Positions 20,172 to 30,115 of a stretch of 64,000 nt of DNA are shown here, in pieces (positions within the stretch are counted from its first letter, which is position 1; every line of letters starts with the position of its first letter). Both the position numbers and the translations under genes were made by a program. A model generated the notes under the pieces. It searched no databases. It was not told the DNA's origin and was given only the letters and a program-made list of their open reading frames with translations. The DNA is from a bacterium. Its GTDB lineage: Bacteria; Fidelibacterota; Fidelibacteria; Fidelibacterales; Fidelibacteraceae. The DNA lies in contig OY781066.1 of assembly GCA_963676395.1 (NCBI GenBank), positions 128,001 through 192,000 on the forward strand, read 5' to 3'.

Positions 20172-20507
20172 ATGGATAAAAAGACATTCACAAAAAAAGA
20201 TATCGCAAAACACATTCGCATGAGAACTAAAGGCGGATGCAAAATGCGTATTTATGAATGTGAAAAGTACATGGATGAAATATTTTCAGCGATATTGGAC
20301 TTATTAATGGATGAGGAAGCTGAAAAAGTACGTATAGAAATAAGAAATTTCGGCGTTTTTGAAGTAAAGAATTCTAAAGCAAAACCTCAAGCAAGAAATC
20401 CGAAAACGAACGAGATCATCTACGTGCCGGCACGTAAAAAAGTCCATTTCAAGGCCGGAAAAAAACTCAAAGAATTCCTTTCGAAACCTCGCGAAATAGA
20501 GGAATAA
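20172..20507 (+). CDS. HU/IHF family DNA-binding protein
   Basis: IEIRNFGVF, ARNPKTNE, VHFKAGKKLK; AGGAGG RBS before 20172. Confidence 0.9.
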   Translation: MDKKTFTKKDIAKHIRMRTKGGCKMRIYECEKYMDEIFSAILDLLMDEEAEKVRIEIRNFGVFEVKNSKAKPQARNPKTNEIIYVPARKKVHFKAGKKLKEFLSKPREIEE

Positions 20508-20508
20508 C

Positions 20509-20919
20509 ATGAAACGTATCCTTGCAATCGATTTCGGTCTACGCCGAATCGGGCTGGCACTTTCCGATCCGCTTAAGATCATTGCCACCCCTTTGGATAC
20601 AATTAAGATCAATAATTATAAGGAAGGAGTAACAAAACTTTTGGATCTCTTTAAAGAATATGATCTGGAAAAAATCATCATGGGATATCCTATCGGAACA
20701 TCCGGAAATAAAACAGAGCAAACACTCATCGTTGATAAACTTATGGATGATCTTAGAAAAGAAGTTAATACCAACATCATTCCTTGGGACGAACGCTATA
20801 CCTCAGTGCATGCTAAAGCTTTAATGCAGGAACAAGGTATAAAAACCAAAGACAATAAAGAAATGGTCGATCAGCTTTCTGCACGCATTATGCTGCAAGA
20901 ATATTTGGATAGCTATTAA
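20509..20919 (+). CDS. ruvX: RuvX/YqgF family RNase H-fold nuclease
   Basis: LAIDFGLRRIGLALSD, WDERYTS, VDQLSA.IMLQ.YL. Confidence 0.93.
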   Translation: MKRILAIDFGLRRIGLALSDPLKIIATPLDTIKINNYKEGVTKLLDLFKEYDLEKIIMGYPIGTSGNKTEQTLIVDKLMDDLRKEVNTNIIPWDERYTSVHAKALMQEQGIKTKDNKEMVDQLSARIMLQEYLDSY

Positions 20920-20920
20920 C

Positions 20921-22429
20921 ATGAAATTATCACTCAAACATATACTGCTACTTCTACTCTCCGCTTTGTTAATGGAATTATCATTTGCGCCCTTTAATCA
21001 ATGTTATTTTGCTTTTTTTGCACTAATCCCCTTTTTCTATGTACTTCAAAATACTAATAAAGCATTCCTAGCCGGATTAATTTGGGGTTTTATTTATAGT
21101 GTATTTTCTATTAATTGGTTGGCATTAAATACAGGGACTTATTGGTGGTTAGCAACTTTTTCAATGTTACTAGCCTCTTTATTTCTTGCTTTAAATTATG
21201 CTTTCATTGCATGGTTGTTCAGGATCATTCAAAACAAAAATGAAACCTTGGCATTCTTCAGTCTGCCATTCTTGTGGGTCGCGATTGAATTTCTACGTTC
21301 CTTTGGTACGTTCGGATTCCCATGGTTGGCTCTTGGCCATTCACAGGCTCATAATACGGCTTATATCCAACTTGCTGACATTGGAGGCGTTTATACTGTC
21401 TCCTTATTTCTTGTACTGACAAATTTATTTTTATTTTTCTTGTTAAAGAATTATTCAAAAAAACGTTTTTTTGCACTCATTCTTGTCATTATCATTCCAT
21501 TTATTTACGGCGCATTTATGCTAAATGCGAATATTGCCGGTAGCGAAGAACTAAACTTTCGTATTGTTCAGCCCAATATTCCCGCAAAAGAAAAATGGTT
21601 ACCGCAAAACCGGCTGCCCATTATTTATAAGTTAGATTCACTTTCACACAGCGAACATGAACTTAAACCGGATGTCATCGTCTGGCCCGAAACAGCCGTT
21701 CCCTACTATCTTCGCTCATCTGTCCATTACAAACACTTATTACAAGAATGTTCCGACTCAATGAATGCTACACTTATCACAGGCGCTCTGGACTATTATT
21801 ATCCCGAAGACAATTGCTATGCGTCAACAAATACCATGATGGTATTTGAGCCCGGACAAAAATCCATGAGACCCAAATTTTACGATAAGATCCACCTTGT
21901 ACCTTTTGGTGAATTTACCCCGGGCGGTGATTTTTTTGACTGGATGAACAATATGGAATATGGTCAGAGTGATTTTGTGCATCGTAATTACAGAGAAAAT
22001 CTACATATGACCAAAGCGAATATTCCTTTTTCACCCATGATCTGTTACGATTCGGTATTTCCCCACACTCTACGGTCTTTTTCTGCCAAAGGAAGTCAGT
22101 ATAATATTTTAATTACCAACGATGTCTGGTTTGGTCGCTCAATGGGACCACATCAGCATGCTGCTTTAGCCATAGTACGCTCTGTAGAAACAAGAAAATC
22201 CATGGTACGTTCTGCCAATGCGGGCATATCCATGTTCATAGATGAAAAAGGAAGAGTATTAGACACCCTTCCCCTATACACCACCGGAACTTTAGATGCG
22301 AAGCTATATGCCTCTGACTATGTTTCGACTTATGTAAAAACAGGTAATTTATTTGGATGGCTGATGTGTATTATCTCAGCTATCTCACTGGTTTATTCAT
22401 TATGGCTAAAAAGAAAATCTTCTTTATAA
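20921..22429 (+). CDS. lnt: Apolipoprotein N-acyltransferase
   Basis: GFPW, VQPNI, WPETA, YDKIHLVPFGE, ICYDS, TNDVWFG, RSANAGIS. Confidence 0.95.
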   Translation: MKLSLKHILLLLLSALLMELSFAPFNQCYFAFFALIPFFYVLQNTNKAFLAGLIWGFIYSVFSINWLALNTGTYWWLATFSMLLASLFLALNYAFIAWLFRIIQNKNETLAFFSLPFLWVAIEFLRSFGTFGFPWLALGHSQAHNTAYIQLADIGGVYTVSLFLVLTNLFLFFLLKNYSKKRFFALILVIIIPFIYGAFMLNANIAGSEELNFRIVQPNIPAKEKWLPQNRLPIIYKLDSLSHSEHELKPDVIVWPETAVPYYLRSSVHYKHLLQECSDSMNATLITGALDYYYPEDNCYASTNTMMVFEPGQKSMRPKFYDKIHLVPFGEFTPGGDFFDWMNNMEYGQSDFVHRNYRENLHMTKANIPFSPMICYDSVFPHTLRSFSAKGSQYNILITNDVWFGRSMGPHQHAALAIVRSVETRKSMVRSANAGISMFIDEKGRVLDTLPLYTTGTLDAKLYASDYVSTYVKTGNLFGWLMCIISAISLVYSLWLKRKSSL

Positions 22430-22794
22430 TATTATGTCTCATCATTGCATTGTTAGTTTTTGCCGAGACAGAAGCAGGCTCTGTATGGATAGCTCCGGAT
22501 ACTCCCTACTTGCTAAAAATTGAAAAGATTCTCGAAAAACACGATTACCTGCTACAAAGTGATTCGCTAAAAGCGGAATATCAAGGTAATCTGATGTTTT
22601 ATGCAGCAGATAATGACTCTATTCGTTGCGAATTGGAGTTAAGTAAAGGAGATGCTCCATCTTTTGTACTAGATTCATTTAATATGGAACCTGAATCAGG
22701 TAATAACGTAAGAAACAGCGTATTAAAATTTTCTATTTGGATGTTGATTTTAAATGCTGTAACGGCGATATTATTTTTCACCAGATCCACATAA
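22402..22794 (+). CDS. Hypothetical membrane protein
   Basis: Signal-like N-terminus and C-terminal TM; translationally coupled in the operon. Confidence 0.6.
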   Translation: MAKKKIFFIILCLIIALLVFAETEAGSVWIAPDTPYLLKIEKILEKHDYLLQSDSLKAEYQGNLMFYAADNDSIRCELELSKGDAPSFVLDSFNMEPESGNNVRNSVLKFSIWMLILNAVTAILFFTRST

Positions 22795-22807
22795 ATAAAG
22801 GAATATT

Positions 22808-23404
22808 ATGAAACGAATATTACACATTATACTGATACTAGCACTGGCAATGAGCCTTAGCGCCCAGGAAAGAAAGGATCTATCCACTCTAAAAAGTATT
22901 GTTCTGCCCGGATGGGGCGAACTTAGCCAAAATTCCAATTCCGGTTATATCTTTTTGGCAGCCGAAGCTGCGCTTTGGCTTGGTTTTGGTGGATTACGAT
23001 ATTCTTATGGCGTACAAGGGGAAGATCTCGTTTCATATACGCGCTTACATGCAGCTTTGAATGATCACCCGGGAGATCTCCAGTTTTGGGCAGACATGGG
23101 AAACCACATCTCTTACGAAGATCATAAGGAAAGCATGCTTGACGGCAGAACTCCCGACAAAATCTGGGATATCAAGTATAATTGGGAATGGGATTCACAG
23201 GCAAGCTTACTTGAATACGACGCTCTTAACAGAAGAAAAGAGCTTACATATATGACATCAAATTTCATGATCACAGGTATGATCGTCAATAGAATCGCCT
23301 CAGTCGTGAACGTCAGATATCTTAAATCGAAAGATATGAAATTATCTGCAGTTTCATATCCTGTTAACAGAGGTGCCAACTTACAGGTATTTCTTGATTT
23401 TTAG
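22808..23404 (+). CDS. Hypothetical exported/membrane protein (DUF5683-like S.VLPGWG motif)
   Basis: Signal peptide, SIVLPGWGE, hydrophobic segment, C-terminal Phe. Confidence 0.7.
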   Translation: MKRILHIILILALAMSLSAQERKDLSTLKSIVLPGWGELSQNSNSGYIFLAAEAALWLGFGGLRYSYGVQGEDLVSYTRLHAALNDHPGDLQFWADMGNHISYEDHKESMLDGRTPDKIWDIKYNWEWDSQASLLEYDALNRRKELTYMTSNFMITGMIVNRIASVVNVRYLKSKDMKLSAVSYPVNRGANLQVFLDF

Positions 23405-24019
23405 ATGAAACGTTTTATCAACATCATGCAGATAATATTAAGTCTGCTTGCATTTATTTTTGTTTTCATATTCGATCTATTATGGATGCAAATTTCCGTG
23501 TTTGGTATTTTTTTGTTTTTAGCACTCATGTCCTCACAACGAAAAGATATTTTAAAAATGTTCATACATTTTTCCATTCTCCTTGTATTTACCTTAGTGG
23601 TTCACCTCTTTTTCAGATTTGGAGACCTAAATTACTGGCAGGGATTTTTTTCCGTAGAAGTTTGGAGTAAAACCCTATACTACACATTCAGGAATGCTAA
23701 TATTTTACTTATCATGAGCTATATCATAAAAAGCAGAGATAACCTAAATATGGAAACTGTCACAGCTTTTTTAGAAAACAGGAAACCGTCGAAGTTTTTC
23801 CAGCCACTCAGTCTCGCTTCACGCTATACGGGTTTGATCGCTGAAGAATTTAAATCAATTCAGCAAGTTCACCGCATTCTTGGAATACAAAAACCAAAAC
23901 ATGTGATCGCTCAGGTAAAGTATTACACATCCCTGATTTTGCCAACCATCATTTCCTCTATAGAAAGGGCCGAGCATCTATCCATAGCTATGACCTCCAG
24001 AGGATATAATAAAGTATGA
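23405..24019 (+). CDS. EcfT/CbiQ-like energy-coupling factor transmembrane component
   Basis: TM helices then LASRY..I.EE..I and ERAEHLSIAMTSRGY. Confidence 0.75.
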   Translation: MKRFINIMQIILSLLAFIFVFIFDLLWMQISVFGIFLFLALMSSQRKDILKMFIHFSILLVFTLVVHLFFRFGDLNYWQGFFSVEVWSKTLYYTFRNANILLIMSYIIKSRDNLNMETVTAFLENRKPSKFFQPLSLASRYTGLIAEEFKSIQQVHRILGIQKPKHVIAQVKYYTSLILPTIISSIERAEHLSIAMTSRGYNKV

Positions 24020-24768
24020 AACGAGCAATCTTACAGGTAGAATATGACGGTACCGCATACTGCGGATATCAATTGCAGCCTGATCAACCAAGTATTCAAG
24101 CATGTTTAGAAGTGGCACTTTCAAAGCTTTATAAACAAAACATTCGCGTCCATGCCAGCGGTAGGACCGATGCCGGTGTACATGCACGCTTTCAAATCGT
24201 TCATTTTGATCCACCCAAAGAGCTTAAAAAGCTTAATCTTAAAGCGGCTCTTAATTCACTTTTACCTAAAGATATTAGAGTGATAAATTATGCATACAAT
24301 GTAGACAATTTACATGCGCGATTTGATGCCATTGAACGCCGCTACGAGTACAGTATTTTACAGGGAACAACCGCTTTGGATCGTGATCGCGTTTGGCAAA
24401 ACTATCAAAAACTTGATGTTCAAGAAATGCAAAAAAGCGCAGAACTATTTATCGGTGAACATGATTTTACCGCTTTTTGCTCGGCTCAAGCCGAAGTGGA
24501 TCATAAGCGTTGTATTATCTATAGATCAGAATGGAAAATTAATGATAACAAGCTAATTTACCATATAAGCGGCAACCGTTTCTTACATTCAATGGTTCGA
24601 TCCTTAGTTGGCACCATGGTTGAAGCCGGCAAAGGTCGTATAACAAGTGAAGATATCAAAAACATTCTTGAGAACCGCCTAAGAAACGGTGAGGCTGTCA
24701 CAGCCCCCTCACAGGGACTAGTTTTAGCTGAGGTATTATATAATAAAAATATTGAGTGGGAAGTATAA
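24016..24768 (+). CDS. truA: tRNA pseudouridine(38-40) synthase
   Basis: YDGT, SGRTDAGVHA, HARFDA, GEHDF, FLHSMVR. Confidence 0.97.
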   Translation: MKRAILQVEYDGTAYCGYQLQPDQPSIQACLEVALSKLYKQNIRVHASGRTDAGVHARFQIVHFDPPKELKKLNLKAALNSLLPKDIRVINYAYNVDNLHARFDAIERRYEYSILQGTTALDRDRVWQNYQKLDVQEMQKSAELFIGEHDFTAFCSAQAEVDHKRCIIYRSEWKINDNKLIYHISGNRFLHSMVRSLVGTMVEAGKGRITSEDIKNILENRLRNGEAVTAPSQGLVLAEVLYNKNIEWEV

Positions 24769-25982
24769 TGAGAAAAGGGATCATGAGTATCGTAGCATTA
24801 ATTATTTGTACACTAATGCTAATTTTATCTTTACAATTTTATTTAGATACGCGAAGACATCTACTCTTTGAACAAATTGAACAAAGAAATTCAGATACAC
24901 TAAGAATACAAGATCAGGATCCAGAAACCAGGCTTTCATTAAATAAAACTCTGGAAGACCAAAGAAATACTGCTATAACCAGGGCAATAGAACAAACCTC
25001 AAATGCCATTACGGGTATTCATGTTACTCGAATTAAAAAGGTTTCAAATAATCCCTTTTTCACTGACCCGTTTTTCTCTCGATTTTTCCCAAACAATATT
25101 CAAAAGAAAAAGATTCAGAGTTTAGGGTCAGGTGTACTTATTTCTGAAGATGGCTATATTGTTACCAATGCGCATGTGCTGGGAGAAAATGCAGTAGAAG
25201 TATACGTTACCATGAGTGGAGGAAAACGTTATTTAGCTGAAGTAATCGGTACAGATGCCCTAACTGATATTGCGCTTATAAAAATAGAATCCGAAATACC
25301 TTTACCATATGTAAAATTGGGAAATAGTGATGAAATTATCATTGGTGAATGGGTCATCGCCTTGGGAAATCCGTTTGGACTCTTTGATGTCAGCAATAAA
25401 CCGATCGCAACATCGGGGATCATTTCATCCTTAAATATGAATTTCGGTGAAACCGAAAGCGGCCATGTTTATCAGAATATGATCCAAACAGATGCCAGTA
25501 TTAACAGTGGAAACAGCGGTGGTGCTTTGATAAATATGGTCGGAGAACTTATCGGTATTAATACTTTTATCTTTAATGGTGGCAGTACCAATGGGAATGG
25601 AGGTTCTATAGGAATTGGTTTTGCAATTCCTATAAATCGTGTAAAAGAAATTGTTGAGCATTTAAAAACCCATGGTGAAATTGCAAGAAATTGGGATTTT
25701 GGTATTTCAGGACAACCTTTAACTCAATCAATTATCGACTACTATAACCTTGATACCGATCATGGTATTATCATCATTGATATCCAAGAGGGGAAAGCCG
25801 GTGCAAAAGCCGGATTACAGGTCGGTGACATTATCCTTTCAATTAATAATCAAATAGTTACACATAATCAGGATGTTGTCAATATTATCAATAATTCTTA
25901 TTTAAAGATCGGTGACAGTATTTCTGCCCTTATAAATCGTGATGGAGCCGAGCTATCTGTCCAGATTGACCTAATACAGTGA
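24768..25982 (+). CDS. HtrA/DegP-family trypsin-like serine protease with one PDZ domain
   Basis: GSGV, TNAHV, IQTDASINSGNSGG, C-terminal PDZ. Confidence 0.93.
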   Translation: MRKGIMSIVALIICTLMLILSLQFYLDTRRHLLFEQIEQRNSDTLRIQDQDPETRLSLNKTLEDQRNTAITRAIEQTSNAITGIHVTRIKKVSNNPFFTDPFFSRFFPNNIQKKKIQSLGSGVLISEDGYIVTNAHVLGENAVEVYVTMSGGKRYLAEVIGTDALTDIALIKIESEIPLPYVKLGNSDEIIIGEWVIALGNPFGLFDVSNKPIATSGIISSLNMNFGETESGHVYQNMIQTDASINSGNSGGALINMVGELIGINTFIFNGGSTNGNGGSIGIGFAIPINRVKEIVEHLKTHGEIARNWDFGISGQPLTQSIIDYYNLDTDHGIIIIDIQEGKAGAKAGLQVGDIILSINNQIVTHNQDVVNIINNSYLKIGDSISALINRDGAELSVQIDLIQ

Positions 25983-26043
25983 ATACTTGTGATAAGTAAC
26001 CTGTAATTATTGATCATATGCGAGAGAATGTTATAAATAAAAA

Positions 26044-26068
26044 ATAGACGGAGCCATGTTCCGTCTAT
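26044..26068. repeat. REP-like palindrome or bidirectional terminator
   Basis: ATAGACGGAGC-cat-GTTCCGTCTAT between convergent genes. Confidence 0.5.
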
Positions 26069-26102
26069 TAATTTTTCTATACTATAAATTTCTATGAATA
26101 TA

Positions 26103-27542
26103 TTACATATCCATTATATCCATCAGCTTTTGATAGATATCCGTATTATCAAAAGAACCATTAAATGCTTCCGCACCCACACCAAAGGCTCTTACCGGAA
26201 CCGGAATAGCTGTGTGTGAAAACGTTGACCACCCAATACCGGCTTTTCTTGATAAAATATGCGTAACTTTAATTACAAATGGATCATATGGTCCATACAA
26301 AATATATTCGCTCGGAACATATTTATCACGTTCTTCAAATGAACGGGTATAGGCTTGAGTAAGTTCTTTGACCTCATTTGAATCAAGAGCAAGTCCCTTT
26401 ATATCATCACCGAGTCCTGTTACTCCGAACATATATTCAAGAGCCCAATCAGCTTCAAACATCAAGGAATCCTTACCCATCAACTCTTCTTTTTCTTTTT
26501 TCATCTCAGCATATTCTGCATTAATTACAGCAAAAGATTTTTCTTGCCATTGCAGCTTCCCCAATTCGAGATCATAATCCGCAGAAGCTGTTCCCAGGGT
26601 CATACCACCACATTCATGATCAGCTGTAATTAGAATTAAAGTATTATCGGGATTTTTTTTATAAAATTCTAATGCTACCTCTATCGCCTCATCAAAAGCA
26701 ATAACATCCTTAACTGTTGCCGCCGCATCATTTCGGTGACACGCCCAGTCTATTTTACCACCTTCAACCATAATAAAAAAGCCTTCTTCACTATCTAACA
26801 TGTCAATCGCTTTAGCTGTGATATCAGAAAGAGAAATACCATTGTCATCGTTATCTATACTATATGGCATAGAATAACCTTCTGCCAATTCGGGATAGAT
26901 AAATAAAACTTTCCCCGCTCCGGGTTCAAGAAAAGAAAAAGCTGTTTTATTATTCACATAAAGATACCCATTTTCTTTCGCCAAATCGATCACATTAGTT
27001 GAATCCAGGCCTTTGGGATCTGTAAAATATCTTAGTCCACCTCCAGCAAAATAATCAAATCCGGAGGTCGCCAATTCTTTTCCAATTTGATAATAATTTC
27101 CTCGATTTGGTTGATGAGCATAAAAACCTGCCGGTGTGGCATGATCGATATCCACAGTAGAAATTATCCCGATTTTTTTTCCACTTTCTTTTGCAGATTC
27201 AGCAATCGATTTGAATGCTTTAGTATGCTCAGCATCCATAGATAAGGTTGAATTATTGGTTTTATTACCGGTAGCTAAAGCTGTTACGGCTGCACCGGAA
27301 TCAGTAATATAATGATTTTTTGAAAATGTAGTTGCAGACCCAGTATATTCAGCTGTATTCATATTAAGTTTAACAATACCGCTTTTTCCTTGAACCGAAG
27401 CAAGATAGCGCTCTGCCGCATTAACTTGTACGGGTCCCATTCCATCACCGATAAAAAAGAAAACATATTTAGCTTCTTGAGTTCCACAGGACATTAGAAG
27501 AATGCCTGCAATTAGCATAAGATATTTAGCCACTTTTCGCAT
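26103..27542 (-). CDS. phoA: Alkaline phosphatase (PhoA family) lipoprotein
   Basis: FIGDGMG, TDSGAA, HATPA, VEGGKIDWACH, TADHE; lipobox LMSC. Confidence 0.93.
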   Translation of the reverse strand: MRKVAKYLMLIAGILLMSCGTQEAKYVFFFIGDGMGPVQVNAAERYLASVQGKSGIVKLNMNTAEYTGSATTFSKNHYITDSGAAVTALATGNKTNNSTLSMDAEHTKAFKSIAESAKESGKKIGIISTVDIDHATPAGFYAHQPNRGNYYQIGKELATSGFDYFAGGGLRYFTDPKGLDSTNVIDLAKENGYLYVNNKTAFSFLEPGAGKVLFIYPELAEGYSMPYSIDNDDNGISLSDITAKAIDMLDSEEGFFIMVEGGKIDWACHRNDAAATVKDVIAFDEAIEVALEFYKKNPDNTLILITADHECGGMTLGTASADYDLELGKLQWQEKSFAVINAEYAEMKKEKEELMGKDSLMFEADWALEYMFGVTGLGDDIKGLALDSNEVKELTQAYTRSFEERDKYVPSEYILYGPYDPFVIKVTHILSRKAGIGWSTFSHTAIPVPVRAFGVGAEAFNGSFDNTDIYQKLMDIMDM

Positions 27543-27712
27543 TATTAACTCCTATATATAATCTATCAAAAGATTCACCGAATTATATAAATGAAATTGG
27601 GAAGATAAAAGAACAAAGTAAAAAGATAGCGCTTATAATTTATTTTTTCCTAAAAGTATAATCTTTCTTATTTTCTCTTTTGACTTTAGAGATTAAACCC
27701 TAAATTTCATCC

Positions 27713-28555
27713 ATGACAGAAGAGCTCATTTTAGAAACATGGTCAAATATTAAGTCGCTTAGAGAGCAAAAAGGCGTTAGTTTAGATTCTTTAAGTGAAA
27801 AAATGCGACTTCCCGTTGAACGCATTGAATACCTCGAAGCCGGAGATTTTTCAGAAGCCGATCCTATTATCACTAAACTCCAGCTTAAAAATTATGCACG
27901 TATCCTAGATATTGATTATGAAACTATTAGCGAATTAGCCGGTTTTAACATACCTAAAGTAGAGACAATTGCCGAACCGCTCGGTGAAAATGTAAAGATC
28001 AAAAAGACACGAACATACCGCGGTCGAAAAAAAGAACCTAAAAAAGGACTTATTTACGTAGCCATTATCGTTGCATGTATTGTCACCATCATTATACTTA
28101 ATCGATTAGCAATTGCCTTTAATATAAATTCTGATGTATTTGAAATGACTGAAGAACAGGTTAATGCTCTTGATACACCTATTGAATCTGAAAAAGATAC
28201 CGGTTCATTTAAACCCTTTCTTCCTCAAGTCAAAAAGGAAGCCGTTGATGTTGATATTATTTCAACAATGACCATCAAAAAGACAAAGAGCATCAGTTTC
28301 CCGGTTAAAATAAAAGTATTTCCCAAACAAGATATATCCTATCGTCAGGAACTCAAAGGATTAAAGAATATAGAAAACTATATTTTAAAGGATACTCCTA
28401 CTTTGCTTGAGCTTAATAAACCCGGACGAACCATCTTTTATCATGCAAACGACACACGCTTTGTAATTGATGGTGATATTTTGAAAGATGAAAATCTATC
28501 ATTGTTGCTAGTAGAGATCAATGAGGATCGGGAATTAAGTATTTATACTAAATAA
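27713..28555 (+). CDS. RodZ-like helix-turn-helix membrane protein
   Basis: N-terminal XRE/HTH_25 (REQKGVSL..IEYLEAGDF..LKNYARILDID), basic patch, TM, extracytoplasmic domain. Confidence 0.75.
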   Translation: MTEELILETWSNIKSLREQKGVSLDSLSEKMRLPVERIEYLEAGDFSEADPIITKLQLKNYARILDIDYETISELAGFNIPKVETIAEPLGENVKIKKTRTYRGRKKEPKKGLIYVAIIVACIVTIIILNRLAIAFNINSDVFEMTEEQVNALDTPIESEKDTGSFKPFLPQVKKEAVDVDIISTMTIKKTKSISFPVKIKVFPKQDISYRQELKGLKNIENYILKDTPTLLELNKPGRTIFYHANDTRFVIDGDILKDENLSLLLVEINEDRELSIYTK

Positions 28556-28575
28556 AATTTATTTAAATCAATAAT

Positions 28576-28605
28576 AAAAGCCTTGGATTTAAATCCAAGG
28601 CTTTT
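28576..28605. terminator. Bidirectional terminator
   Basis: AAAAGCCTTGGATTT|AAATCCAAGGCTTTT palindrome between convergent genes. Confidence 0.8.
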
Positions 28606-28630
28606 GCTTTTCAAAACTTCATTTTTAAAA

Positions 28631-29965
28631 TTAAACTACACCAAGGTCTACCATTGCAATCGCTACTTTCATAAAACCAGCAATATTGGCACCTTTTACA
28701 TAATCAACATAGTTTGCATTTAAGCGACCATGTTCAACACATTGACTATGCACACTTTTCATGATCTTTCTTAGATGGTCATTGACTTCTTCACGAGACC
28801 ATGATAATCCCATAAAATTCTGGGTCATTTCAAGTCCGGAAGTTGCAACACCTCCGGCATTTGCGGCCTTGCCAGGTGCAAAAAGAATTTTTGCATTTTG
28901 GAATACATCTACCGCTTCGGGTGTAGATGGCATGTTGGCTCCTTCTGTGACAAGAAAACAGCCATTTTTAACCAAGGTTTTAGCATCATCTTCATTGATC
29001 TCATTTTGAGTTGCAGAAGGCACAGCCACATCACAAGGAACTTCCCAAGGACGCTTACCTTCTACATATTTACAACCAAATTCCTTGGCATATTCTTTAA
29101 TACGGCCACGGCGCACATTCTTGAGATCCATTACATAATCCCATTTTTCACCGCTAATACCATCAGGATCATAGATATAACCACCTGAATCTGAAAGCGT
29201 AACGACCTTACCTCCGAGTTCATTAACTTTTTGTGTTGCATACTGTGCCACATTTCCAGAACCTGAAACAGTAACAATTTTACCTTCAAAATTATCATTG
29301 CGAGTTGCCAACATATCTTCGGCTAAATAGATCGCACCATAACCGGTAGCTTCGGGACGGATCAAACTTCCACCCCATTGAACGCCCTTGCCTGTCAAGG
29401 CGCTTGTATGTTCATTTTTAAGACGTTTATATTGACCATATAAATAACCAATCTCACGACCTCCAACACCGATATCACCGGCAGGAACATCCGTATGATG
29501 ACCAATATGCCGATACAACTCTGACATAAAACTTTGACAAAAGTGCATTACTTCATTATCGGTTTTACCTTTGGGATCAAAATCTGAACCACCCTTTGCA
29601 CCACCCATAGGTAATGTTGTGAGTGAATTTTTAAAGATCTGTTCAAATCCAAGAAATTTTAAGATCGACAAATTCACACTCGGGTGAAATCTAAGACCTC
29701 CTTTAAAGGGTCCGATCGCGTTATTAAATTCAACGCGGTATCCCCTATTTACTTTCACTTCTCCGGCATCGTTTACCCAAGGGACTCTAAAAACAACAAT
29801 GCGTTCCGGAATAACAATACGTTCCATTATGTTCGCAGCTTGAAAAACAGGATTCGCTTCGTATACTTCCCATACTGAATCTACCACTTCTTTAACCGCT
29901 TGAATAAATTCAGGTTGACTAGGATTATGAGCGACAACGTGATTCATAAATTCACTTTTAGTCAT
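28631..29965 (-). CDS. gdhA: Glutamate dehydrogenase, NADP/NAD(P)-type
   Basis: KGGLRF, LPMGGAKGG, DVPAGDIG, RPEATG; SGSGNVA..SDSGG nucleotide-binding pattern. Confidence 0.95.
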   Translation of the reverse strand: MTKSEFMNHVVAHNPSQPEFIQAVKEVVDSVWEVYEANPVFQAANIMERIVIPERIVVFRVPWVNDAGEVKVNRGYRVEFNNAIGPFKGGLRFHPSVNLSILKFLGFEQIFKNSLTTLPMGGAKGGSDFDPKGKTDNEVMHFCQSFMSELYRHIGHHTDVPAGDIGVGGREIGYLYGQYKRLKNEHTSALTGKGVQWGGSLIRPEATGYGAIYLAEDMLATRNDNFEGKIVTVSGSGNVAQYATQKVNELGGKVVTLSDSGGYIYDPDGISGEKWDYVMDLKNVRRGRIKEYAKEFGCKYVEGKRPWEVPCDVAVPSATQNEINEDDAKTLVKNGCFLVTEGANMPSTPEAVDVFQNAKILFAPGKAANAGGVATSGLEMTQNFMGLSWSREEVNDHLRKIMKSVHSQCVEHGRLNANYVDYVKGANIAGFMKVAIAMVDLGVV

Positions 29966-30054
29966 GTAAACTCCTCTAAATTATTTCGATTTAAGTCCTT
30001 GTTTTAAATATAGAGTAACTTTAGCAAAAATGAATTATTTTTTTAATAAATATG

Positions 30055-30087
30055 ACACACCTTGACATCAAAGATATCAAGGCGTGT
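30055..30087. other. Intergenic hairpin between the two gdh genes
   Basis: ACACACCTTGA-CATC-AAA-GATA-TCAAGGCGTGT. Confidence 0.5.
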
Positions 30088-30115
30088 ACCACAATACTTA
30101 TTAGAGGCTAAGTTT

